Assembly (NCBI GenBank): GCA_963713815.1 | Contig: CAVQNH010000007.1 | Location: 90-64,089 of the forward strand | Source: an uncultured Actinomycetes bacterium | Lineage (GTDB): Bacteria > Actinomycetota > Actinomycetes > Streptosporangiales > Streptosporangiaceae | Direction: 5' to 3' | DNA: 64,000 nt | Part shown: piece by piece, positions 36,229 through 45,397 of the stretch | Numbering within the stretch: the stretch's first letter is position 1 | Layout of the letters: every line of letters begins with the position of its first letter | Translations under genes and position numbers: made by a program | The notes under the pieces: model-generated | Database searches by the model: none | The model's input: only the letters and a program-made list of their open reading frames with translations | Told to the model about the DNA's origin: nothing

Positions 36229-39200
36229 GGCGGGCCGTATCCCCCGCCGCCGGGGGTCTCCAGCACGAAGACGTCTCCCGGCTCGAGCTCCGCGCGGTCG
36301 CAGCCGGCCAGCCCGGTGACCCGGCCGTCGGCCCGTTCGACCCACTGGTCCCCGAGCTGGCCGGGGGCCCCGCCCGCCATCCCGTACGGCGGGACCCGCC
36401 GGTGGCTGCTGAGGGTGCTCACCGTCATCGGGGCGAGGAACCGGAGCCGGCGGCGGCCGCCGTCACCGCCGGGCCACCGGCCCGCGCCCCCGCTGCCCCC
36501 GCGGATCTCGAACGATTCCAGCCGGACCGGGAAACGCCACTCCAGCACCTCCGGGTCGGTCAGCCGGGAATTGGTCATGTGCGTCTGGACCACCGCGGTG
36601 CCTCCGAACCCGTCACCGGCACCGGACCCGCTGGACACCGTCTCGTAGTACTGGTACTCGGCGCTGCCGAACGTCACGTTGTTCATGGTGCCGGATCCCT
36701 CGGCCATGACCCCCAGCGCGGCGTACAGCGCCCCGGTGACCGCCTGGGAGGTCTCCACGTTGCCGGCCGCCACCGCCGCCGGGTAGGCCGGCGCCAGCAG
36801 GCTGCCGGGCGGGATGATGACCCGGACCGGCTTCAGGCAGCCGGCGTTCAGCGGGATCTCGTCGTCCACCAGGGTGCGCAGCACGTACAGGACCGCGGCC
36901 ATGGCCACCGAGGACGGGGCGTTGAAGTTCCCCGGCGACTGGGGAGAGGTGCCGGTGAAGTCGATCTCGGCGGTCCGGGCCTGCTGGTCCACCCGCACCG
37001 CGACCTTGATCACGGCCCCGTTGTCCAGCTCGTAGGCGTACTCGCCGTCCGCCAGCCCGGCGAGGACCCGGCGCACCGCCTCTTCGGCGTTGTCCTGCAC
37101 GTGACCCATGTACGCGGTCACCACGTCCAGCCCGAACTGGCTGACCAGCTCCCGCAGCTCGGCCGCGCCCTTCTCGTTCGCCGCGATCTGGGCCCGCAGG
37201 TCGGCCAGGTTGGCGCCCGGGTTGCGGGACGGGAACTCCGCCGAGGTGAGCAGGTCCGTGGTGGCGGCCTCGCGCATCTCGCCGCCTTCGACGAGGCGCC
37301 AGTTGTCGATCAGCACGCCTTCCTCGTCGACTCGGGTGCTGAAGGCCGGCATCGAGCCGGGCGTGATGCCGCCGATCTCGGCGTGATGCCCCCGGGAGGC
37401 CACGAAGAACAGGATGTCCGGGTGGCCGCCGGCCGGGACCGCCTCGCCGGACACACCCGCCCTGAACACGGGGGTGACCTCGGCCGGGACCGCCTCCCCG
37501 GACACACCCTCCCTGAACACGGGGGTGACCACGGTGATGTCGGGCAGGTGCGTGCCGCCGTGGTACGGGTCGTTGAGCATGAAGACGTCGCCCGGCTTCA
37601 TGGCCCCGCGGTTGCGGCTGAGGACCATCTTGATGCTCTCGCCCATGGAGCCCAGGTGCACCGGCATGTGCGGGGCGTTGGCGATCAGCTGCCCGGCCGC
37701 GTCGAAGATCGCGCAGGAGAAGTCGAGCCGCTCCTTGATGTTGACCGAGTGCGCGGTGCTCTGCAGCCGGACACCCATCTGCTCGGCCACGGACATGAAC
37801 AGGTTGTTGAAGATCTCCAGCATGACCGGGTCGGCTTCGGTGCTGGCTGACCCGGCCCGGCCGGGACGGCCGCCGGGCCGGGTCAGCAGCAGGTCCCCCC
37901 GGCCGGTCACCGCGGCCTGCCAGCCCGGCTCGACCACGGTGGTGGCGAAGTCCTCGGTGATGAGCGCGGGCCCGGTGACCACGTGGCCCGGGCCCAGCCC
38001 GGTGCGCGGCAGGAGGTCCACCTCGGCCCACTCGCCGCCGGTGAACATCCGGACCCGGGCCGGCCGGCCTGACGAAGCCTGAGCTGGCGAGGTCTGAGCT
38101 GACGGGCCGGGTGAACTTGCTGTTATCGGGATGGCTGGCGCAGGGGCGAGGCTGGCGCGGCGAGCGGCGGTGGCTGGCGCGGGGGGCGGGGCTGGCGCGG
38201 GGGGCGGGGCTTGCGGGGGGTTCGTTGCGCCGGGAGGGCCGGCCGAGTCGTAATGTCCCCCGGCCAGCTCCACCGACACCGCCTCCACGATCACCGGCTT
38301 GTCCGGCATCAGGAACGAGAAGCGCTGGCGGTAGGCCGCCTCGAAGGCCGCCATCATGGAGCCCACTGGGCCGAACGGAACCGTTAGGGAGGTATCGGTG
38401 CCCTGGTAGCGCAGGTGGGCCCGGCGGGTGCCGCTGACCTGGCCGCCGGGGATGCCGCCGGCCTCCAGTTCGGCCCGCGCCGCGGCCTCCAGCTCCCCGG
38501 CCTCCCGGTCCAGCCGGGTGAGCAGGCCGGCGGATAGTTCCGCTTCGACCGCCTTCTCCCGCATCACGGTCACGTCGGCCAGGCCCATGCCGTACGCGGA
38601 GAGCACCCCGGCCAGCGGGTGGATCAGCACCGTGGTCATGCCCAGGGCGTCGGCGACCGCGCAGGCGTGCTGGCCGCCCGCGCCGCCGAAGGTGGCCAGC
38701 GCGTAGCGGGTGATGTCGTAGCCGCGCTGGACCGAGATCTTCTTGATCGCGTTGGCCATGTTGGCCACGGCGATGCCGAGGAACCCGGCCGCGACCTCCG
38801 CGGCGCTGCGCCGGTCCCCGGCCGCCTCCGCGATCTCCCGGGCCAGGGCGGCGAAGCGGCCGGCCACCAGCCCGGCGTCCAGCGGCTCGTCCCCGGCCGG
38901 CCCGAACACGCGGGGGAAGTAGCCGGGCTGGACCCGGCCCAGCATCACGTTGGCGTCGGTCACGGTGAGCGGCCCGCCGCGCCGGTAGCAGGCGGGTCCC
39001 GGGTCCGCCCCCGCCGAGTCCGGCCCGACCCGGTACCGGCTCCCGTCGAAGTGCAGGATCGAGCCGCCGCCCGCCGCCACGGAATGGATGCTCAGCATCG
39101 GCGCCCGCATCCGGACCCCGGCCACCTCGGTCTCGTACTGCCGCTCGAACTCGCCGGCGTAGTGCGACACGTCGGTCGAGGTGCCGCCCATGTCGAAGCC

Positions 39201-40043
39201 GATGACCCGGCCGAAGCCGGCCGCGGCGGCGGTGCGGGCCATGCCCACGATGCCCCCGGCCGGCCCGGACAGGATGGAGTCCTTGCCGCGGAACCGGTGC
39301 GCGTCGGCCAGCCCGCCGCTGGACTGCATGAACAGCACCCGGGTCCCGCCCAGCTCGGCGGCCACGTGGTCGACGTAGCGGGCCAGGATCGGGGACAGGT
39401 AGGCGTCCACGACCGTGGTGTCCCCCCGGGACACCAGCTTCATCAGCGGGCTGGTCGTGTGCGACAGCGAGACCTGGGTGAATCCGGCGTCCCGGGCGAT
39501 CTCGCCGATCCGGGCCTCGTGCGCGGGGTAACGGTAGCCGTGCATGCAGACCACGGCCACGGCGCGCAGCCCGTCGTCGTAGGCGGCCCGCAGGTCCCGG
39601 GCGGCCGCCTCCTCGTCCAGCGCCGCGACGACCTCGCCGTGCGCGCCGACCCGCTCGGTTACCTCGATGACCCGGCTGTACAGCAGTTCCGGGAGGATGA
39701 TCTGGCGGGCGAAGATGCGCGGCCGGTTCTGGTAGCCGATCCGCAGCGCGTCGCGGAACCCCCGGGTGATGACCAGGACCGTGGGCTCCCCCCGGCGCTG
39801 GAGCAGGGCGTTGGTGGCCACCGTGGTGCCGAGCCGGACCGAGCCGATCCGCGCGGCCGGGACGGGCTCCCCGGCGGGGACCCCGAGCAGCCCGCGGATG
39901 CCGGCCAGCACCGCGTCCTCGTACCGGCCCGGGTCTTCGGAGAGCAGCTTGCGGACGGCCAGGGTGCCGTCCGGGCGCCGGGCGACCACATCGGTGAACG
40001 TGCCGCCCCGGTCGATCCAGAACTCCCAGCGCCCGCTCATCAC
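36225..40043 (-). CDS. Fused hydantoinase A/B (HyuA-HyuB) 5-oxoprolinase-family enzyme
   Basis: 1272 aa. WEFWIDRGGTFTDVVARRPDGT ... GFDMGGTSTDVSHY (HyuA) ... FNNLFMSVAEQMG ... NDPYHGGTHLPDITVVTPVF ... ASRGHHAEIGG (HyuB). A low-complexity Pro/Ala linker and a 17-aa in-frame duplication are present. Confidence 0.9.
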   Translation of the reverse strand: MMSGRWEFWIDRGGTFTDVVARRPDGTLAVRKLLSEDPGRYEDAVLAGIRGLLGVPAGEPVPAARIGSVRLGTTVATNALLQRRGEPTVLVITRGFRDALRIGYQNRPRIFARQIILPELLYSRVIEVTERVGAHGEVVAALDEEAAARDLRAAYDDGLRAVAVVCMHGYRYPAHEARIGEIARDAGFTQVSLSHTTSPLMKLVSRGDTTVVDAYLSPILARYVDHVAAELGGTRVLFMQSSGGLADAHRFRGKDSILSGPAGGIVGMARTAAAAGFGRVIGFDMGGTSTDVSHYAGEFERQYETEVAGVRMRAPMLSIHSVAAGGGSILHFDGSRYRVGPDSAGADPGPACYRRGGPLTVTDANVMLGRVQPGYFPRVFGPAGDEPLDAGLVAGRFAALAREIAEAAGDRRSAAEVAAGFLGIAVANMANAIKKISVQRGYDITRYALATFGGAGGQHACAVADALGMTTVLIHPLAGVLSAYGMGLADVTVMREKAVEAELSAGLLTRLDREAGELEAAARAELEAGGIPGGQVSGTRRAHLRYQGTDTSLTVPFGPVGSMMAAFEAAYRQRFSFLMPDKPVIVEAVSVELAGGHYDSAGPPGATNPPQAPPPAPAPPPAPATAARRASLAPAPAIPITASSPGPSAQTSPAQASSGRPARVRMFTGGEWAEVDLLPRTGLGPGHVVTGPALITEDFATTVVEPGWQAAVTGRGDLLLTRPGGRPGRAGSASTEADPVMLEIFNNLFMSVAEQMGVRLQSTAHSVNIKERLDFSCAIFDAAGQLIANAPHMPVHLGSMGESIKMVLSRNRGAMKPGDVFMLNDPYHGGTHLPDITVVTPVFREGVSGEAVPAEVTPVFRAGVSGEAVPAGGHPDILFFVASRGHHAEIGGITPGSMPAFSTRVDEEGVLIDNWRLVEGGEMREAATTDLLTSAEFPSRNPGANLADLRAQIAANEKGAAELRELVSQFGLDVVTAYMGHVQDNAEEAVRRVLAGLADGEYAYELDNGAVIKVAVRVDQQARTAEIDFTGTSPQSPGNFNAPSSVAMAAVLYVLRTLVDDEIPLNAGCLKPVRVIIPPGSLLAPAYPAAVAAGNVETSQAVTGALYAALGVMAEGSGTMNNVTFGSAEYQYYETVSSGSGAGDGFGGTAVVQTHMTNSRLTDPEVLEWRFPVRLESFEIRGGSGGAGRWPGGDGGRRRLRFLAPMTVSTLSSHRRVPPYGMAGGAPGQLGDQWVERADGRVTGLAGCDRAELEPGDVFVLETPGGGGYGPP
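37431..37532 (-). repeat. 51-bp in-frame tandem duplication inside the HyuB domain
   Basis: Encodes VTPVFREGVSGEAVPAE / VTPVFRAGVSGEAVPAG. Confidence 0.9.
38133..38224 (-). repeat. Five-unit array (17,22,18,18,17 bp; ggctggcgcggggggcgg-like) in the HyuA-HyuB linker
   Basis: Read directly from the sequence. It encodes the PPQAPPPAPAPPPAPATAARRASLAPAPA linker. Confidence 0.8.
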
Positions 40044-40105
40044 CGCATCCTAGGTAACCCGGAAGGCCCGGCCTCCGGAGGCCGGGCCTTCCGGGCGGCG
40101 CACCA

Positions 40106-41582
40106 CTACCTGGAGTCGGCCGCAGCGCTGGCCAGGACGCCCCGTTCTGCCTCCCGGTCGAAGATCCGGTTGATCTCCTCCACCGAATGGCCCTTGGTTT
40201 CGGGCACGAACCGGTACACGAACAGGATGGCCATCAGGCACAGGCCCGCGAAGCAGACCAGGACCCAGTCCAGGCCGATGGCGCCCATCCAGACCGGGAA
40301 GACCTCGATGAGCGCGAAGTTGGCCAGCCAGTCCACGGTCGCGCCGGTGGCCGCGGCCTGCCCCCGGACCGAGGTGGGGAACACCTCGCCCTGGAGCAGC
40401 CAGCCGGTGCCGCCCACGCCGATGGCGAACGAGGCGATGAACCCGGCCAGGCCGATCATCACGACCACGATCCGCGGGGTGGCGGTAAAGTATTCCAGCC
40501 CGGCCGCGGCGACCAGCGCGAACACGGCCATGCCGATGTAGCCGCCGATGGCCAGCTTGCGGCGGCCCACCTTGTCGATGTAGCGGAACGCGAAGTAGGT
40601 GGCGCCCACGTTGACCACGGTGAGCATGAGGGTCACCTCGACGCCGGAGATGGTCTTGTCCACGAGCGAGTTGCTGCCCTGGAACAGCGGGCCGAGCAGG
40701 TGCGGGCCGTAGTAGAGCGGGACGTTGATCCCGGTGATCTGCTGGAAGATGAAGAACACGCAGACCACGACGAGCGCACGCAAGACCCCGGGGGTCCAGT
40801 TCCGGGACTTGGTCTGCTCCCGCTGCTGGTCCTCGTCGCGCAGCAGGCGGGCGGTGTATTCCACGTCTTCGACGCTGACGTCGGCCCCGAACTCCTTCAT
40901 CGCGGCCTGCACCCGCTCGTACTTGCCCTGCCGGAGCAGCCAGCGCGGCGACTCGGGCATCCGGGTCCGCAGGCGCCAGGCCGATCAGGGCAGGCACCGC
41001 GCCGAGGCCCAGGATCAGCCGCCAGTCCACGGTGAACGCAGTGCCGGGCGCGATCTTCAGGATGACCAGCGCCACGACGTAGGAGATCAGGATGCCGACT
41101 GTGATCATCCACTGCTGGAGCATGCTGAGCGCGCCGCGGCGTCCGCTCGGCGCGTACTCCGCGATGTAGGCGGTGGCGATGGCCGAGTCCGCCCCGATGG
41201 CTATGCCGATCAGGGTCCGGGCGATGAGCAGGACGGCCGCGTTGGGACTGACCGCCGCTAGGATCGAGCCCACGGCGTAGATCAGCGCGTCGGCGATCAG
41301 CAGGGTCTTACGGCCCAGCCGGTCCGCCGTCAGGAAGGCCAGGACCGCCCCGGCCGCCGCACCCAGCGAGGCGCCCGCCACCAGGTAGCCGAGCCAGAAG
41401 CTGCTCAGGGGGAAACGGATGAAGTTGAGCGCCGCGCCGATGTTCGAGGTGTCGTAGCCGAACAGGAAGCCGCCCAGGCAGGCCAGGATGGTCAGCTTCC
41501 AGTAGAACGCCGTGGGCTGCCGCTGGTCGAGCACGTCAAGCACGTTGGTCCCGGCGCCCTCGCCGGTCTGTGTCTGCGCCAT
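40106..41582 (-). pseudogene. MFS sugar-porter family transporter, frame-disrupted (+1) near 40969-40980
   Basis: N-half (frame of track ORF 40050..41615): [14 protein letters not shown]...[10 protein letters not shown]...[16 protein letters not shown]-half (ORF 40106..40960): [13 protein letters not shown]...[14 protein letters not shown]...[12 protein letters not shown]...[10 protein letters not shown]...[12 protein letters not shown]. Length mod 3 = 1. Confidence 0.85.
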
Positions 41583-41648
41583 GCGGCCACAACTCACCCG
41601 TAACGGGCGGTTCAAACCAGCAGGTTATTTAGTTGTACAGTCCACCAG

Positions 41649-42113
41649 GTGAACCTGCTGACCGTGCACCAGCGGCTGTACGAGCGCAGCGGCGGCCGCC
41701 TCGGGCACCGGCTGATCCGCCTCCGGTTCCTGCTGCTGCGGACCACGGGCCGCCGGACCGGCCAGCCGCGCACGGTCACCCTGGCCTACGCCCGTGACGC
41801 TGCTGGCCCGGGCCGGGCTGGCCCCGGCCGGGCGGACGAGGACCGGGCGGACTACCTGCTCGTCGCCTCGAACAATGGCTCGGCGCAGCCGCCCGGATGG
41901 CTGCTCAACATCAGCGCCGACCCGCACGTGCAGATCCAGGACGGGCCCCGGCGCACCGGGGCCACCGCCCGGATCGTCTCCCCCGGGGACCCTGGCTACG
42001 AGCGCCTGTGGCAGCTGGTGAACGACCACAACCATGGCCGCTACCGCGGCTACCAGGCGAAGACCAGCCGGCCGATCCCGGTGGTGGTGCTGACTCCCGG
42101 CCCAGAGTCCTAA
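41649..42113 (+). CDS. Nitroreductase-family deazaflavin (F420)-dependent oxidoreductase (Ddn/DUF385-like)
   Basis: LLLRTTGRRTGQPRTVTLAY...YLLVASNNGSAQPPGWLLNISADPHVQIQDG...ERLWQLVNDHNHGRYRGYQAKTSRPIPVVVL. GTG start. Confidence 0.8.
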   Translation: MNLLTVHQRLYERSGGRLGHRLIRLRFLLLRTTGRRTGQPRTVTLAYARDAAGPGRAGPGRADEDRADYLLVASNNGSAQPPGWLLNISADPHVQIQDGPRRTGATARIVSPGDPGYERLWQLVNDHNHGRYRGYQAKTSRPIPVVVLTPGPES

Positions 42114-42137
42114 CCACGGGGTCCTGACCGCGGGCTG

Positions 42138-42554
42138 CTAGCTCACCGGCTCCAGGATGATCACCGGGATCTGGCGGTCCGTCTTGGTCTCGTAGTCCGC
42201 GAAGCCGGGGTAGTCCCGCTTCTGCGCCGCCCAGATGCGCTCACGCTCCGCGCCCTCAGCGAGCCGCGCGGTGAACTCGGCCGTGCCGGTGCCGATCTCG
42301 GCACTCACCCGGGGGTTGGCCCGGAGGTTGTGATACCAGTCCGGGTTGGTCGGGGCGCCTCCCTTGGAGGCGAACACCGCGAGACCGTCCCCGGTGTCCT
42401 GGTACATCATGGGGTTGACCCGCGGCTGGCCGCTCCTGGCGCCGACGGTGTGCAGCAGCAGCAGGGGCGCCCCTTCGAAATTGCCGCCGACCTTGCCCCC
42501 GTTGGCCCGGAACTCAGCGATGATCTTGCTGTTCCAGTCCTCGGCTTCAGTCAC
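42138..42554 (-). CDS. Nitroreductase-family deazaflavin (F420)-dependent oxidoreductase (Ddn/DUF385-like)
   Basis: IIAEFRANGGKVGGNFEGAPLLLLHTVGARSGQPRVNPMMY...VFASKGGAPTNPDWYHNLRANPRVSAEIG...YPGFADYETKTDRQIPVIILEP. GTG start at 42554 is preceded by GGGAGGAAATAACA. The longer track ORF would translate the upstream repeat array. Confidence 0.8.
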   Translation of the reverse strand: MTEAEDWNSKIIAEFRANGGKVGGNFEGAPLLLLHTVGARSGQPRVNPMMYQDTGDGLAVFASKGGAPTNPDWYHNLRANPRVSAEIGTGTAEFTARLAEGAERERIWAAQKRDYPGFADYETKTDRQIPVIILEPVS

Positions 42555-42568
42555 TGTTATTTCCTCCC

Positions 42569-42690
42569 GCTGTTGGGCTGCGCTGCTGGGCTGCACTGTT
42601 GGGCTGCCCCGTTGGGCTGCGCAGTCTGGTGTGCAGTTGTCTGGTGCGAAGTGGTGCGCAGTCGTCTGGTGCACTGCTGTTAGTGCACTG
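42569..42690. repeat. Tandem array of about 9 units of 10-15 bp (mostly 13; gctgttgggctgc-like)
   Basis: Units: gctgttgggctgc / gctgctgggctgc / actgttgggctgc / cccgttgggctgc / gcagtctggtgtgc / agttgtctggtgc / gaagtggtgc / gcagtcgtctggtgc / actgctgttagtgc. Confidence 0.85.
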
Positions 42691-42793
42691 ATCCTGCCAA
42701 CTCCCCGGGCAGCTCATACAGTCCCTCCCGGGAGGCCGGGGTGCACCGATGCCCTCTTGTTACTCACCGTTATTGACGTGTTACTCTTCGTCA

Positions 42794-43675
42794 ATGCGCG
42801 CTCATGGAACCGCGTCGTGCGCCGGACCGGACCTGACCCGGTACCGGGATGCCGTGGCCGATCTGCTGATCGAGATGGCCAGCCATACTGGCCCGGAAGA
42901 TCTGGCCAAAGCGGAAAAGGTGCTCACCGAACGGCTGGCCGACGCGGAGTTCGCCCCGGTCCTGGCGGCCAGCCCCGAGGGCTGCCCGGCCGCTGTTGAC
43001 CGGCTGCTCCGCGAGGTCCGCCATTATCAGCCCCAGGCCCGCAATTGCGCGGCCGACCTGACCGCCCATATCCGTATTCACCTGTTCGCCCTGATCGACG
43101 TCATGTGGTGGGGATCAACCCGGGCTTTCGTGACGGATTCGGATCTGCTCCACTCGGCTGAGCTCGCCGATCTCGAGCCGCTCCGCCGCCGCGGGGAACT
43201 CCATTTCCGCTACCGCCGCCAGGCCCGGACGCTGCCGCTGCGCGCGGTGCGCGCGGCCGACCGCCGGCTGCGGCCCGGCCACACCCCGCGCACCGCGGGC
43301 CTGCGGTTCGCCCGGGCCCGGCGGGAAGCGGTCACCCTGCTCAACCAGCTGGCCGCCGACTTCGCCGCGGCCGCGCCGGGGGGTCCCCCGCTGTGGGTCA
43401 CCAGCCTGGCCCGGAGCATCGAGCACCAGCGCCGGCTGCGCGCCCTCGGGTACACGGCCACGCTGCCCAGCGCGCATTGCGTCGGGTACGCGATGGATAT
43501 CGAGATGTCCTGGTTCCGCCGGTTCGGCGTGGCCGGGGTGCTGGAAGGGCTGCTGCTGGAGCGCCAGCGGGCGGGGGAGGTCAACGCGATCGACGAGGGC
43601 CAGACCTGGCATCTGTGCCTCAGCCCGGCCGCGGTAGCCGGCCCGGCCTGGCGCCAGCCGGCCCGGGCCCGGTAG
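42794..43675 (+). CDS. LAS-superfamily (peptidase M15 / VanY-like) zinc-peptidase-fold protein with an unknown N-terminal domain
   Basis: The C-terminal region WVTSLARSIEHQRRLRALGYTATLPSAHCVGYAMDIEM ... AIDEGQTWHLCL matches the SxHxxGxAxD and E..WH motifs of D,D-/L,D-peptidases of the LAS fold. The N-terminal 190 aa is unassigned. Confidence 0.55.
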   Translation: MRAHGTASCAGPDLTRYRDAVADLLIEMASHTGPEDLAKAEKVLTERLADAEFAPVLAASPEGCPAAVDRLLREVRHYQPQARNCAADLTAHIRIHLFALIDVMWWGSTRAFVTDSDLLHSAELADLEPLRRRGELHFRYRRQARTLPLRAVRAADRRLRPGHTPRTAGLRFARARREAVTLLNQLAADFAAAAPGGPPLWVTSLARSIEHQRRLRALGYTATLPSAHCVGYAMDIEMSWFRRFGVAGVLEGLLLERQRAGEVNAIDEGQTWHLCLSPAAVAGPAWRQPARAR

Positions 43676-43726
43676 CCAGCCCGGCGGCGGTCGCCGGGAG
43701 CGTACCGGGCCTGCGGGGCTGACGCC

Positions 43727-45388
43727 ATGTGCGGCATCGCGCTGATCCACGGCCCGCGCCCGGACCGGGCGGCCTTCCGCCAGATGATCGGCTCGCTCGC
43801 CCCGCGCGGCGAGGTAGAGGAGACCCTGCTGACCGACCGGCTGCTGGCCGGCACCCAGCGGCTGCGCATCGTGGACGCCGAGCGTGCGGTCCAGCCCTTC
43901 ACCTCGGCCGACGGCCGGTGGGTGCTCTGCTACAACGGCGAGATCTTCAACTACCGGATGCTCCAGGCCGAGCTGACCAGCCTGGGCCACCGGCTGCGCA
44001 CCGACAGTGACACCGAGGTGGTGCTGGAGGCGTTCCTGGAGTGGGGGGCGGGCGCGGTCAGCCGACTGCGCGGCGAGTTCGCGTTCGCCCTGGCCGACAC
44101 CGCGGCCGACCGGGTTTACCTGGCCCGCGACCCGCTCGGGGTCAAGCCGCTGTACTGGTCCCGCCGGGACGGCTGCCTGCACGTGGCGTCGGAGATCAAG
44201 GCGCTGGCACCGTTCGGCGCCCCGGTCAGCGAGGTCCCGCCGGGGCATCACGGCTGGGCCGAGGGCGGCTGGGCCCAGGCTAGCTGGGCGGGGCCCGGCG
44301 GCCCGGACGCGGCCACCGGGCCGGCCCTGGAGCCGTACGTGGACCTGCTCCGGCTCGGCGACGGCCAGCCGCTGATCGAGGACGCCGACGAGGCCGCCAA
44401 GCTGGTCCGTGCCGCCCTGGAGGACAGCATCCGGGTCCGGGTGGACACCGGCCTGACCGTCGGCGTCATCCTCTCCGGCGGGCTGGACAGCACCCTGGCC
44501 CTGATGCATGTGCGGGAGATGCACCCGGACTGCGTGGCGTTCACCATCGGCGCCCCGGCCAGCGAGGACCTGTTGTACGCACGCCGCCTGACCGCTGACC
44601 TGGGCGTGCCGCACGAGGTGATCGAGGTCCGGCCCCGCGATATCCGGCTGGCCGACATCCGGGAGGCCATCCGGCTGGGCGAGCTCACCGAGTACGGCGA
44701 CATCATCAACGAGGTGATCTCGGTCCCGCTGTTCCGGCGCATCCACCAGATGGGCATCAAGGTCGTGCTGTCGGGGGACGGCTCCGACGAGCTGTTCGGG
44801 GGGTACCCGATGTACTTCCGGGCCAGCCCGGAACAGGCCCGGCGGCTGTTCCAGCACAAGATCCGCAACCTGTGCCGGACCGAGCTGCAGCGCCTGGACC
44901 GGGCGAGCATGGGTCACGGCACCGAGCTGCGCGTGCCGTTCCTGGACCTGTCCCTGGTGGAACTGGCCATGCGGCTGCCCCGCGGGCTCAAGCAGCGGGA
45001 CGGGCAGGACAAGTGGATCCTCCGCGAGGCCTTCGCCGACCTGCTGCCCGACTACATCCGGCGGCGCCCGAAGGACATGATGTCCTACTCCTCAGGGCTG
45101 CACGAGCGGGCCCGGCTGTTCAAGCCGCTGTACCCGCGGCTGTACCGCTCGTCCGGCTACGGCCTGCTGGAACCGATGCGGCGGGACTTCGACACGGTCC
45201 TGGAGCGCTGCGGGCATGACCTGGACCGGGCCATCGCCGACAGCGCGGCGCGGCCCGACTACACCCTGGCCGAGCGGGCCCGGGACCTGGCCGGGGCAGC
45301 CCGGTGGAACGCGGTCCTGGCCGTGCGGGAACGGATCCCGGGCCGCTTATCCGCCCGCTCAGGCCCCGGCCTTGGGCGCCGGTCCTAG
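43727..45388 (+). CDS. Asparagine synthetase B-family glutamine amidotransferase
   Basis: Ntn nucleophile MCGIALIHG. Glutaminase domain: RLRIVDAERAVQPF...YNGEIFNY...DSDTEVVLEAF...RGEFAFAL...RDPLGVKPLYW. PP-loop: VGVILSGGLDSTL. SGDGSDELFGGY. A 5 x 15-bp array (44252-44326: GWAEG GWAQA SWAGP GGPDA ATGPA) lies in the inter-domain linker. Confidence 0.85.
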   Translation: MCGIALIHGPRPDRAAFRQMIGSLAPRGEVEETLLTDRLLAGTQRLRIVDAERAVQPFTSADGRWVLCYNGEIFNYRMLQAELTSLGHRLRTDSDTEVVLEAFLEWGAGAVSRLRGEFAFALADTAADRVYLARDPLGVKPLYWSRRDGCLHVASEIKALAPFGAPVSEVPPGHHGWAEGGWAQASWAGPGGPDAATGPALEPYVDLLRLGDGQPLIEDADEAAKLVRAALEDSIRVRVDTGLTVGVILSGGLDSTLALMHVREMHPDCVAFTIGAPASEDLLYARRLTADLGVPHEVIEVRPRDIRLADIREAIRLGELTEYGDIINEVISVPLFRRIHQMGIKVVLSGDGSDELFGGYPMYFRASPEQARRLFQHKIRNLCRTELQRLDRASMGHGTELRVPFLDLSLVELAMRLPRGLKQRDGQDKWILREAFADLLPDYIRRRPKDMMSYSSGLHERARLFKPLYPRLYRSSGYGLLEPMRRDFDTVLERCGHDLDRAIADSAARPDYTLAERARDLAGAARWNAVLAVRERIPGRLSARSGPGLGRRS

Positions 45389-45397
45389 CCCCCGGTT

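Noticed and set aside
12188-44917. Very long track ORFs: 12188..13504(+), 23683..25644(-), 24900..26180(+), 29752..32097(+), 36402..37850(+), 38619..40541(+), 43115..44917(-), 20587..21786(-), 60959..62392(-).
   Set aside because: These translations are Arg/Gly/Pro/His-rich and low in complexity. Each lies antisense to, or out of frame with, a gene that has clear family motifs. They are the shadow ORFs expected in >70% GC DNA.
43727-45388. AsnB homologue as a lasso-peptide cyclase.
   Set aside because: The N-terminal Cys nucleophile and glutaminase motifs are intact. There is no adjacent transglutaminase-like protease, RRE/PqqD-like gene or short precursor ORF.
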